Origin: Octopus vulgaris
Lineage: Eukaryota
NCBI GenBank assembly: GCA_951406725.2
Contig: OX597828.1
Location: 70,990,001 to 71,054,000, forward strand
Reading direction: 5' to 3'
Length of the DNA: 64,000 nt
Notes under the pieces: model-generated
What the model was told of the DNA's origin: nothing
Databases searched by the model: none
Seen by the model: only the letters and a program-made list of their open reading frames with translations
Program-made: the position numbers and the translations under genes
Shown: positions 1 through 11,795 of the stretch, one piece after another
Numbering within the stretch: the first letter of the stretch is position 1
Layout of the letters: each line of letters begins with the position of its first letter

Positions 1-269
1 GACCATAGAGTTTCCATAGTCATGTTATGTTTCATAGTGTTTCCATAGAATGCTCTGTATTATGAAGACCATAGTGTGTTCCGCACTCATAGAGGCCATA
101 GTTTGTATTATGACACCATTGTGTTTCCATATTATGTTCTGTATTATGGAATTTGCAGTATTCCATATTATGACACTATAGAGTTCTCATAATATTTCCA
201 TACTATGGAGACCCATAGAATAAAGGATAAAGTTTATCTACCCTGTAATAAATTGTAAGTAGGGACCAG

Positions 270-635
270 TGTAAGAAGTTTATTTACCAACCATATGGTT
301 CCAGGTCCAGTCCCAATGCAAGTAGATTTGATAGGTGGAAACTGTAAGAAACCTGTTGCATATATATATATATATTTAAATACTGTTAAATACTGTTGGA
401 TTTTTCTCATAAGGTATTGGAATCTTACATATATACCATTCTGCCTAAAAAATGGATCTACAAATTCAATGTGTGTGTGTGTGTATGTGTTTGTCCCCCC
501 AACCATCGGCAAAAGAGACAGATAGAATAAGTTCTAGATTTTCAAAGAATAAGTCCTGGGATCGATGTGTTCAACTAAAGGCAGTGCTTCAGCATGGCCA
601 CAGTCAAATGACTGAAACAAATAAAAGAATAAAAG
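270..635 (+). mobile_element. SINE family A, diverged copy
   Basis: Shares head and 3' CAGCATGGCCACAGTCAAATGACTGAAAC with 9689-10078. Confidence 0.7.
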
Positions 636-721
636 AATATATATACACATATACTCACCATGTTGGACCACTGAACTCAATATGTTTTTTCCATTCTCTC
701 TCTATTTATTTCCTCGTGTTC

Positions 722-757
722 CTTTCTGTCGAAGAGCGTAGGCTCGAAACATAAAAG
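722..757 (+). ncRNA. Hammerhead-like motif with variant core
   Basis: CTTT CTGTCGA A GAGC-GTAG-GCTC GAAA CA TA AAAG; core position 6 is T rather than A. Confidence 0.55.
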
Positions 758-1745
758 ACTTTCTCACTTTCCCGAGCATCAAACTAATACACACCTGCTT
801 GTCGTTCATACACCTGTCTTAATCTTTGTTTTTCTATAAATCTGAACTATGTATATATATATATATATATACACACATACACATGTGTGTGTATATCTTT
901 GTTCTCCAACACTGCTTGACAACCAGCCTTGGTGAGTTTACTTCCCTGTAACTTAGCAGTTTAGCAAAAGAGACCAATAGAATAAGTACTAAGCTTGCAA
1001 AAAATGTCTTGGAGTCACTTCATTCAACTAAAAATTCTTCAAGCATAGCCACAGTCTAATGATTGAAACAAGTAAAAATTTTTTTAAAATAGATCCAAAT
1101 TTTCTATTTCTGATTGTCAGCAACAGTAAAACACTTGCCATATGGAAGTCCATACAACCATGGTTGCAGAGTGGCACAGTCCACCTAGTCACAAATACAT
1201 ACCATGTGAATATTAAGTTTACCTTGTTATGTAGGTACCATTAATAGATAAAGCTTAGCTTAAAACTATTAATATGCAGAGATATAGTCTACTTAACTGT
1301 ATATAGGTACCACACTCAGACACAATCCACCTAGTATATATATGTACCATAGTTGCATATAGGTACCACACTGTATATACAATTAGCTGTATTTACAGCA
1401 TAGTCCACTTAGCTGTATATAGGTACCATACAGTAGGTACTATGCAGAGGGTACTGGCCACCTAGCTGTATACAAGTACCACACAGATACAGTATATAGG
1501 CATTATAACTGTATATAGATACATAGGCTTAGAACAGCGGGTGCAGGGCAAGTGCACCCGCTAAACGTTTTAGTGGGAGTGGCCAATGAAAATGCTTTGA
1601 ACATCCTGGGCTAGATCTGGGTTTGCACTCCCTAAACAAATTTTGTTCCCACATTTATGTAAAGGTGCCATGAGTAGGTACAGTTCGCCCTCAATATAGC
1701 AAATACTCCTCTAATTAAACTGGCCCTCTAATTCAGGACCAGAAA

Positions 1746-1937
1746 ATGCTACAGCTCCCGACACTTATTAGCCTTATACAAGCACATATAAGGCCCACAA
1801 CAGAGTACTTCCCCCAAATATGGAACAATGGTGCTACTACTACACATACAGACATCCTGGACCACAGCCAAGAAATAAGCTTCCCAACCAACTGGTATGA
1901 AGCCATTCCCCAATACCCTCCTGGTGTAGGGACTTGA
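1746..1937 (+). mobile_element. LINE (CR1/L2/Jockey-like) RT C-terminal relic
   Basis: Frameshifted LYKAHIRPTTEYFPQIWN...DILD resembles the LYKAQVRPxLEYCSxxW motif. Confidence 0.55.
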
Positions 1938-2999
1938 ATTCAGCACTGTTATATACCAAAACACTTGTTAATTACATGATGCTCCCGCTCCTTACAGCAA
2001 TAAACCAGCTGTAGGATGGAGTCATAAGATAAATATCTATAGCAGTCTTGACTTCTTCAACCTCCTCCTCTTCATTATCAACTTCTTCTTCATCATCATC
2101 ATCAGCTAAATACATTTCTCTGCATATTCACTGTACACTACCAGGTTAGCAAGAGTACAAAGTTTTGGTATTAAGGGTTCACAGGAACAGAACAGGTATT
2201 CTAAAGTTTGAAGCTGTGTTACAATCATACACGGTGACATCAGATGAGAGGTAAAGCCATTTCCTGAGTGCCACCTTGGCTCTGAGATACGTTGGGTTAG
2301 CAAGAGTTATGCATCTTCAATATGATTTGACTTATAACAGTTGTATTCATTAATTAACATCTTTTACACACACACACACACCTACTCGTGTGTGCATACA
2401 CATATTTATCCTCGTTTTAATGTCTGCTTTCCATGCTTGCATGGGTCAGAATTTACTGAGGCAGATTTTCTACAGCTGGATGTCCTTCCTGTTGCCAACC
2501 CTTACCTGTTTCCAGACAAGGTAATATTTCCCCATGGTGAGACATGTTCTCGTAGATCATTAGAAATGAATGACACCGCTTGTATGACAGTGACACTCAT
2601 TTACGACTAAGTCAAGTAGACCACAGACATACACACACATACATACACACACACATGCACGCATATACATACATACATGCAGCAGGCTTCTTTCTGTTTC
2701 CCCAACCAAACCCACTTTGGTCGGCCCAGCGTTTAAGTAAGAGACGCCCAATGCGTCATGCGTTAGTACTGAATCCAGAACCATGTGGCGGCTATCCATC
2801 CATACATACACACATATACTTTGTGTGTGTGTGTGTGTGACTGTCACTTCAATATCGTCGTTTGAAAATTTTTCTAAAAATAGAATGGTAATTAATTTTT
2901 TTTTCTTTAAATTCTGTTCCATGAAGTTGAAAATAACATAAAAATTGACATTAAAAAAAAAAATAATAATTAAGGCACCTTTAACAAGCTAATTAATGA

Positions 3000-4900
3000 G
3001 GTCATTATTGATGATGGTCTCGAATTTCCGTCGTCGTAGCTGTGGCAAGGTACCATTTCACATAAAAGCCATCACACCTCAACTATTTAATGAGCCTCAG
3101 CAGATGTCGAACCACCTTTCAGAGCGGACCACCTTGAGTGTTCACTCCAATTTTATTCATCACAAATATAAAACTTTACAATTTGTCGGCCTGCTCTTTC
3201 TAAGTGAGAAAAGTGCAGCTGCCCTCTAAGCGGTTATTAGCTATTTTCCTTGCTTCGTATGCTAAGTCTCAAAATATAGCCAACAGAGTCACAGCTGAGG
3301 CTCTCAGCAGAGTTTAGGTATTACTTGATATTATTTCATAGAAGAGAAGATGGGAACAAAACGCCAGCAGTTGCAGAAAATTGCGTAAGTAATGGAAGAA
3401 GCGATTCTAGGCAAGTCTATCATTGAAAAGTTGTATTTGGGAAATTTAACGAAACGAAGTACATCTGGTTAAATTGCCAGATGAAGTGAAACAATCTCTT
3501 TGTTTCACAAACAGCGTTTATTTTTATTATTAAAAAATAATAATTAAGAAATTCCTGTTTTTATTAATCAGTTTACAATATTTCTTCTTTTTTTTTTCAT
3601 TTCCGTGAAACACTTGTCAAATTCTAACACCCGTTATTGTTTCTTCATTTTTCATTGAACCGGTTTATGTGATATTACAATATAAAAATTATAATAGCAA
3701 TGTTGAACTTATTATATATATATAAAAACACACTTTTAATAACATTTCATATATAAATATTATCTCGGTTTGTTTACAATAAAAAAAAAATAACAACTCT
3801 GAGAGATTTACATTTCTTTGTGAATGGTACCATCACATACAGACCGACACGGATAATTATCTTACATTAATTAATACCAGACTTTAATAAAAGCTGCCTT
3901 ATATTAACCAATCATTACATTTTTAGTTAGGAAAGCCGCATGTCCATCATTATTAGATACTTTTAGTATATTTATTGTTATTGTTTATACATACATACAC
4001 ATATATATATATGTATATATATATATGTATGTATAGTGATGCAGAATCCGACTTAGCCATTCCGTAGTTTAGATAAACTGTCTGTAGAACGGAATTCGTA
4101 ATATGGCGGCTACTTATTACAGATCGCTTTTAACGTCTCCTAGTAAATCTATCCTAACCTTTATGATAAAAAGTATAAAACTGAACTAAATCCCTCTCTC
4201 AAAGGTAACTTCATATTTATTTCACTCGTAGAAATATAAATGTTGTCTATTTTCTATTTAATCATCAGCCGTTTTCAGTTGCTATGTTGATGTGTTTGAA
4301 AAAAAAAAAAAAAAAAACTGTCTCTAAATTGAAAAGCTTTTGTATAAAAACCATTAAATATGTCATAAAGAAGGCCGAATATTTACAATTTATATACATT
4401 TATGATAATATTATACACACATGTGTGCATATATGTGTGTGGATACGAACGAAGAGGCTGGGATGTGTGCGAGAAGACGAAGGTGTTTCGGTGTGAATGG
4501 TTTTCGGGGTAGGTGTACTTAAAAAAAAAAAACAAATATGTCTTGGTGTTGTGGAAGAAGAGTATTTCTGATGGTGTGTCTCTGCTTAAAAATACTAATC
4601 CTTTCTGTGTGGCGGCTCGAGGCTGGCCAGGGTAATTCGTGGTCTACTCCTGCTCTTGTCATAATAGTTTCTTTCCAACGTCTTTCTCCACATTTTCAAA
4701 CAGGACGTGACGTAAACTCCAAGCTTTCCCATTCTTCTCCCATACTGGAACACTCCACACTTTTTCTTTTAGTATTTTCACCCAGAAACAAATCGATCCG
4801 AGTTGTTGATACACACTTCTCTCTCTCCATTATCCTCCATCCGTCTCACTCCGAGTATGTGTGTCTGTGTGTATATATATATATATATATATACACACAA
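3000..4900. promoter_or_regulatory. CpG-retaining promoter-like region; probable SON TSS near 4080-4100
   Basis: Many CpGs relative to the CpG-depleted flanks. ATATGGCGGC (YY1-like) at 4101-4110, followed by donor AAAG|gtaact at 4204/4205. Confidence 0.55.
4080..4204 (+). other. Candidate first exon of the SON transcript (contains 28-aa ORF 4103-4189)
   Basis: ATGGCGGC start context and a downstream GT donor. 5' end and link to SON are inferred. Confidence 0.45.
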
Positions 4901-5066
4901 ATTATATGTATTTAAACATGTGCACACAATAAAAGTATATTTGTGTGTGTGTATATATATATATATATACATACATGCGCAAATTAATATACAAATTGTG
5001 TGTATATAGACGTTTAATTTATGTATGCGTATAAACATTTAATCGAAAAACTTAGATACAATTTAC

Positions 5067-5067
<1 letters not shown>

Positions 5068-5108
<41 letters not shown>

Positions 5109-5290
5109 ATGTATGTGTATATATATATATGTGTGTGTATGTATGTATGTATGTGTATATATATATATATATATGTGTGTATGTATGTGTATATATATAT
5201 ATGTGTGTGTGTGTATGTATGTGTGTATATATATATATATGTGTGTGTGTGTATATATATATATATATAGTGTGTGTGTGTATGTGCATA
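5068..5290. repeat. Compound (TA)n/(TG)n microsatellite
   Basis: Direct reading; similar tracts at ~6420-6860 and ~13040-13930. Confidence 0.95.
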
Positions 5291-5486
5291 AAATGCATGT
5301 GTAGATATTACCACCACATATATACATGTATACAAATAAAATGAGCGTGTGTGTGTATATATATATAATGCTTCTTTTCCGGGTATATAATACACTGACG
5401 ATATGTATGTATGTATAGTAAACCGGATTATTTCCTCATACCTAAACGTGCCGTTAAGTCATTTTTGATATTTGTGTATGTATGTA

Positions 5487-5529
<43 letters not shown>

Positions 5530-6419
5530 ATATATATACACACACACACATAACAGCTGGAGTTTCCAGGCACGAATTGCTTTTGTTTTAGCCAATTCTT
5601 GGGATAAAAATATTTACCATGCTTTCATCATAGATTCGTAACCACGCCATTTCGTTTTATATATACATATAGCCATATATATATATGCATGCACACATAC
5701 ACGCAATCTTTTAGCTCTTGTCCCATTTTACTTTCTCTCCACCCCATATTTCACTTACACTAGCACACACATATATATATACCCACATACATACACACAC
5801 ACACAGGCGAGAGAGAAAAAGAAGTTCTAAGTGTATTTTGTTCGGTTACATTTTTAAGGTCATTTGGCTTATATATTTTTGTGTGAGTGTTTATTGATGC
5901 TGGGGTGGCTACCATCAATAAAAGATACAGACTCTGCGATGCACTATGCATGATATTCTAGTCAGTGTGTGTGTTTTTGTGTATGTATATATATATGTAT
6001 ACACACATACGTATATACATGGAAAGAAAAGGCCGTGACCCGTAATAAACCTGTAGAACCACTTGGTTGAGATATCTGACCTCGTTTTTCTTTTACTTCT
6101 CCTGGGACACCCTGATACCGAAGCCAAAATATTGTTTCTGCTTATCAAATATTCGATAATCTATGTCTCTTCTAGAAGATTCCTTCTGCCCTAGTTATTA
6201 TATAGTCTCCTCTTGTCACACTTTTTTTCTCGTGGTTCCACGGAATAACGAAAACAAAACAGCGTTTGGACTCGGAAACCCGAACACCATGTGTCCAAGA
6301 TATTCCTGTTTTGACATCCATTACACAGAGGGACGCGTATATGCGTACATAAATACACACACACGTATGTGCGGATGTATGTATGTATGCACCCACATGT
6401 GTGCATATAAATATATATT

Positions 6420-6860
6420 TGTATATTATATACATACATATATGTACGTGTGTGTATATATATGTACATGTATGTAGACGTAATTACGTGTGTGTGTGTG
6501 TATATATATGTGTGTGTGTATATATATATGTATATATATGTGTGTGTATATATATATGTATATATATGTGTGTGTATATATATATGTATATATATATATG
6601 TGTATATATGTGTGTGTATATATGTGTATATATGTGTGTGTATATATATATATGTGTATATATGTGTGTGTGTATATATATGTATATATATGTGTGTGTA
6701 TATATATATATATACATACACGTACACACCTGTGTGTATTTGTAGATACGTACTTGGATGGTTGTATACATGTGTACGTGTGCATATATATATATATATA
6801 TAAATGTTCATATACGTACGTATGTACATTTAGATGTATTTATATGCATGTATGTATATT
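6420..6860. repeat. Compound (TA)n/(TG)n microsatellite
   Basis: Direct reading. Confidence 0.95.
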
Positions 6861-7348
6861 TTAAGATTTATACACATATGCCTGTATATGAAGACTAATT
6901 TGGCCTTGTGAAAGTGTTACCTTGCTTGGAAAGGAGTGAGGGTTGGCAACAGGAAAACAATCTGCCCAACAAATTCCATTTGATCCAGCCAAGCATGGAA
7001 ATGTCTATGTTAAATGATGATGATGATATATACCATTGAGAGAGTAGTACATGTCATCAGAGTGACCACCCGTCTGATAAGGATGAACCAGGTACATGCA
7101 ACACAACCATATGTGTGTGACATGGTGACCTCATCAAGATAAACAGCATGTGACCTTGAAAGCAGGACCCAGTTAAAATTTTCTTCGGGTCAAGTATCTC
7201 ATCAAAATGTCCCTGACTAGGGGTTGTTTAAGGATGATGAATGAAACGCCCATGTTTCCAGAGTTGAATTATTCAAACCCCAAAGAATCCCTTCCAACAC
7301 ATAGCTATGGTCCCCCCTCCCAATACTCCTCCTGATCAGAGATATCAA

Positions 7349-7395
<47 letters not shown>

Positions 7396-7402
<7 letters not shown>

Positions 7403-7632
7403 GAAATGAGGTACTCAGAAGATCGGATGGTTTATATTTACAGATATTTATTTGTATATTACATATTTTATATATATATCATATCACTAAGTTTGATTTG
7501 AAAACCCCACTAGAATGGGAGAAAGCGCTAATGATCTAAGTGATATGATATATATATAAAAAATGTAATATATAAATAAATATCTGTAAATATAAACCAT
7601 CCGATCTTCTGAGTACCTCATTTCTTCTAATA
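7396..7632. repeat. Long inverted repeat (~95-bp arms)
   Basis: AAGAAATGAGGTACTCAGAAGATCGGATGG... pairs with ...CCATCCGATCTTCTGAGTACCTCATTTCTT. Confidence 0.92.
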
Positions 7633-7661
7633 TATAATACCTGTACATCGTCTCCAAACCT

Positions 7662-7696
<35 letters not shown>

Positions 7697-7720
7697 AGGC
7701 GCATGGCTTTGTGGTTAAGG

Positions 7721-8184
7721 TAGGGATGGGGAAACCCCCGCGAGCCCATTTTATTGCACCCGCAGGCTGGCATACTTGTATGTAGAAAATATAGTAAATT
7801 TTTCAATTATAATTTTTCAATTATACAATACTCATCTGCCTCTTTGCAACATAGGTCGTGTTTCCACTACAACTGGTAACTACTATTTGAATGGAAATTT
7901 TGTTTTCACTATAAAACACATTGCTAGGTTTGTACCACCCATTTACACTCTAGCTGAAAACTACAGAATATCTCGTAGGTAATATAAATGTCCTAAATTC
8001 AGTGGTGGCGTTAATGAAGATGTTATGTGTTAATTTATTTTTCATTAATGTATATCAAATTATAGATAGATATATACAAGATTTACATAAATATGAGTTA
8101 GAACTTGTGATCCACCCGTGGACCCTTTTTTTTTTGTTTGTTTGTAACTTTTGCCTCCCGCACTAAAAAGTTTCCCCACTTCTG
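7721..8184. mobile_element. hAT-type MITE inserted into a tRNA-derived SINE
   Basis: Imperfect TIRs TAGGGATGGGGAAAC / GTTTCCCCACTTCTG; 8-bp TSD GGTTAAGG at 7713-7720 and 8185-8192. Confidence 0.85.
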
Positions 8185-8470
8185 GGTTAAGGTGTTGCAC
8201 TCATGATTACGAGGTCGTGGGTTCAATTCCCAGGCTATGCATTGTGTTGGATTCTTGAGCAAAGTACTTCATTCCACATTACTCTGCGATCATTTCGTCA
8301 CCTGACATGTGGCACCCAGTAGCACCTGTACAGGTAATGTCAATCTGATGGAAGGAGTGAGCTTATGTCTACACAAACATTTGATCACTATAAACAAATC
8401 ATCTGTGTGTGGTTGTTTGGTAAGAAATTGTCAAATCCTCATATGTCATCTAACGACAGGAGAGTCCATC
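8185..8470 (+). mobile_element. tRNA-derived SINE (head begins at ~7697, split by the MITE)
   Basis: A box TGGCTTTGTGGTTAAGG before the MITE, B box GGTTCAATTCC at ~8220, then CTTGAGCAAAGTACTT CORE-like segment. Confidence 0.7.
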
Positions 8471-9688
8471 TTTATATATATATATATATATATAAGATTC
8501 AGATGAATTCGGTACTTAAATTGAAGCACCTTGCTAGGTCGGTATAATCCACACACCCCAACAATATTATTTGAATACTGAATATCAAGACTCCGTGCAG
8601 GGGTGTTTGTACCTGATATTCCTGCCATGTGTGCAGACAATGCAATCCAGCTAAGTGAAGATATCCGCTCTTGGTAATTCTTATGAATTAACTCTGAAAT
8701 TGGGACCGATACAATAATAACAGAATTTTTTAGAAATTTCTGTCAGCTTACTTCGAGACACATGCTTATAGTGATAAATTATATGGTTATTGAGGATTTG
8801 TCTATTTTCGGCATATTTGGCATTAAAATTTTTTTCTGTTGCCCTTTATAAGTTATATATATATATATTGGCGTTAGGAAGGGCATCCAGCCGTAGAAAC
8901 ACTGCCAGATTTGACTGGGCCTGATGAAGCCTTCTGGCTTCACAGACCCCAGTAGAACCGTCCAACCCATGCTAGCATGGAAAACGGACGCTAAACGATG
9001 ATGATGATGATGATGATAGATAGATATGTCACATCTTCACTCATCTTTCTCTCTTCTCCATCCACCTGAAGTATCCATGTTTTTCTTATAATGTAAGACA
9101 TTTTTCTTGCCTCTCAGTACTACTCCCCTGTCCCTTGTTGAGGAGTCTTGTCTGGCAAATTACTTGGTGACATCACTGCTGCTGGTGCCACATAAAAAAG
9201 CACCCAGTGCACTCTGTAAAGTGGCTGGCATTAGGAGGGGCGTAGAAACTGTGCCAAACTGACAGCACAGCTTGGTGTAGTCTTCTGATTTACTGATTCC
9301 TGTCAAACAGTCCAATCCATGCCACCATGCAAAATGAACATTAAATGATGTATGAATGAATCTATATACACATGCATATGAGGGTGGGGCTGAAAAGTTC
9401 CTGGCTTTGAGTAAAAGAAAATACAGGAGGATCAGTTAATTATGATTTTATTTCCCTCTCAGGTTCACACACTTATTTGGATAATGCTTTTTGCATGCTA
9501 CAGGCACAGGAGCCAGTCGGGGTGGTGGGGTTGACATTGACCACGTTTGAATAGTGCTTTTTATGTGCCACCAGCATGGGGAGCCAGTCAGGCGGCATTA
9601 GCAACGGTCCATGCATGAATGGTGCTTATTGCGTGTCACCGGTACAGGAACCAGTCAAGCGGCACTATATATCTGTATATATATATAC

Positions 9689-10078
9689 AGGCGCAGGAGT
9701 GGCTGTGTGGTAAGTAGCTTGCTTACCAACCACATGGTTCCGGGTTCAGTCCCACTGCGTGGCATCTTGGGCAAGTGTCTTCTGCTATAGCCTCGGGCCG
9801 ACCAATGCCTTGTGAGTGGATTTGGTAGACGGAAACTGAAAGAAGCCTGTCGTATATATGTATATATATATGTATTTGTGTGTCTGTGTTTGTCCCCCTA
9901 GCATTGCTTGACAGCCGATGCTGGTGTGTTTACGTCCCCGTCACTTAGCGGTTCGGCAAAAGAGACCGATAGAATAAGTACTGGGCTTACAAAGAATAAG
10001 TCCCGGGGTCGATTTGCTCGACTAAAGGCGGTGCTCCAGCATGGCTGCAGTCAAATGACTGAAACGAGTAAAAGAGTA
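9689..10078 (+). mobile_element. Full-length tRNA-derived SINE, family A (CORE-like segment)
   Basis: TGGCTGTGTGGTAA / GGTTCAGTCCC boxes, TTGGGCAAGTGTCTT, internal (TA/TG)n, 3' ACTGAAACGAGTAAAAGAG. Many related copies in the window. Confidence 0.85.
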
Positions 10079-10176
10079 TATATATATGTAATATATATAC
10101 ACACACACATACGGCAAAACCACTATAAACCAAGAACCACAAAATACATAAGGTTCAGTTAGAAACACTTCAAACA

Positions 10177-11027
10177 TACAAGATTGTATCAAAAAGTCCC
10201 CTAGACTAGTTCCGTTGCACACCAACAGGTGGCAGCATATGGTTGCATGCACAGTGAGAGCTAGCAGTGTTTACTTCGCAAGTTGTGAAATTTATGTTTT
10301 CGTGATCACATGTATGCTGCAGTCTGCGATTTTGTCATGGAGGGGAACAAAGAGCCAATGTGAAATTTTGCGTGAAACTTGAGAAGTCTGCTAAAGAGAC
10401 ATTGAGCATGCTTACAGCAACAAGGCAATGGGTCATGTGCGACATTTCAAGTGGCACAGATGCCTCAAAAGTAGAACATCCTAGGAGACCTGCCATGAGC
10501 ATCACCCCCAGAAATGTGTTATTGTGCATTGAGAATTGGTCCCCCTGGGCCAGACCATCAATCAAGGGTTCTACTGATGTTTTGAAACATTTGATGGAGG
10601 ACATTCAGCAAAAGCGCCCGGATCTATGGAGGGCAAAGAATTGGATTCTTCATGAAGACAACGCACCCTGTCACCAAGCTCTCCTCACTCGTGAGTTTCT
10701 CCCCCAAAACAACATGGTATCACTTCCACACTCACCCTATTCGCCAGATTCAGTGCCTGCAGACTTCCACCTCTTCTCGAAGATGAAAATGCAGTTCAAA
10801 GGTCACCGTTTTAACACTGTTGGGAAGATCCAGGGCAAATTGCAGAAGGTCCTTGACTTGCTTACGGAAAATGACTTCCCAGACTGGATTCCAAAAGGGG
10901 CAGGAACACTGCAACCAATGTATTGGTGTGCAAGGGGACTATTTTGAAGATGATGTTAAAACTTGGGTAAATAAGTTATTTCTTATTCAACATAACCTAT
11001 CTGGGAACTTTTTGATACCATCTCATA
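10177..11027 (+). mobile_element. Defective Tc1/mariner element (internally deleted)
   Basis: TIRs TACAAGATTGTATCAAAAAGTCCC / GGGAACTTTTTGATACCATCTCATA with TA ends. Transposase relic WILHEDNAPCH...PHSPYSPDSVPADFHLFSKMK. Confidence 0.9.
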
Positions 11028-11140
11028 CATCCATTGTCAGTTGTGTTATGAATATCATTATAGTTTAAACACCTGTGTATATATGCATATGTATGCATTT
11101 GTATACGTATACATGCATGTGTATATGTATATAAATATAT

Positions 11141-11174
<34 letters not shown>

Positions 11175-11175
<1 letters not shown>

Positions 11176-11378
11176 AAATTTAGAGGACTGACCACTAAAA
11201 GTGGACAGCCTGTATGCTAGATATAGATGCCAAAATTGCCATTTTCTATGAAGGCAAAATTCAAAAAACAACTGCTGAATTTTGTCTTGAGAACACATTC
11301 TTCGTGGAAAATAGCGATTTTGGTGTCTATATCTAGCATACAGGCTGTCCACTTTTAGTGGTCAGTCCTCTAAATTTT
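11175..11378. repeat. Long inverted repeat (~75-bp arms); collapsed second copy at 11845-11914
   Basis: AAAATTTAGAGGACTGACCACTAAAAGTGGACAGCC... / ...GGCTGTCCACTTTTAGTGGTCAGTCCTCTAAATTTT. Confidence 0.9.
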
Positions 11379-11732
11379 CTATGTAAAAAAATTTTTAATC
11401 TTCAGATTTTTTTAAATATGCTAGGCCACTGGTTTTAATTGATTAATATCAATTTCTACCCTTATTTAATTTTATATATTATTATTAATATATATATATA
11501 TATATATTAATAAGAATGAATGAGACCTCGATATTATATAAAATAGAGAAATTTATCTATAAATATAATATGTGACAATTAGTTGGTTGTCATAATAAAA
11601 CTCAGTTTCAGATACTGGGGCTCAAGTTTGCTCTTATGTATATGTGTGCATATATGCAGATTCTATGAATGAAGTCTTTCACCATGTCTATTGGAGTAAT
11701 TTCCCTTCATTCAATGTTTTTTTTTTTTGTCT

Positions 11733-11795
11733 TAATAACTGATAAGACGCTGGAGCTGACTTCAGCCCCGGTATCCAAAACAATGAGTTTTATTA
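11733..11795 (+). ncRNA. Degenerate hammerhead motif
   Basis: TAATAA CTGATAA GACGCTGGAGCTGA-CT-TCAGCCCCGGTATC C AAAA CAATGAG TT TTATTA: perfect 6-bp stem I, long stem II, G>A changes in the core. Confidence 0.6.

Noticed and set aside
1-215. Degenerate CCATAG-rich repeat (similar decayed array at ~1180-1520)
   Set aside because: Decayed low-complexity minisatellite; no consistent unit or function discernible.
4778-6864. Many Y/I/C/V/H/T-rich ORFs on both strands
   Set aside because: Translations of (TA)n/(TG)n/(CA)n microsatellites; the same applies to 13030-14114.
8921-8945. CTGATGAAGCC hammerhead core
   Set aside because: A variant of the family C repeat sequence; no GAAA or stem III follows.
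10360-10947. Intact transposase gene
   Set aside because: Internally deleted and frameshifted; the first catalytic Asp region is missing.
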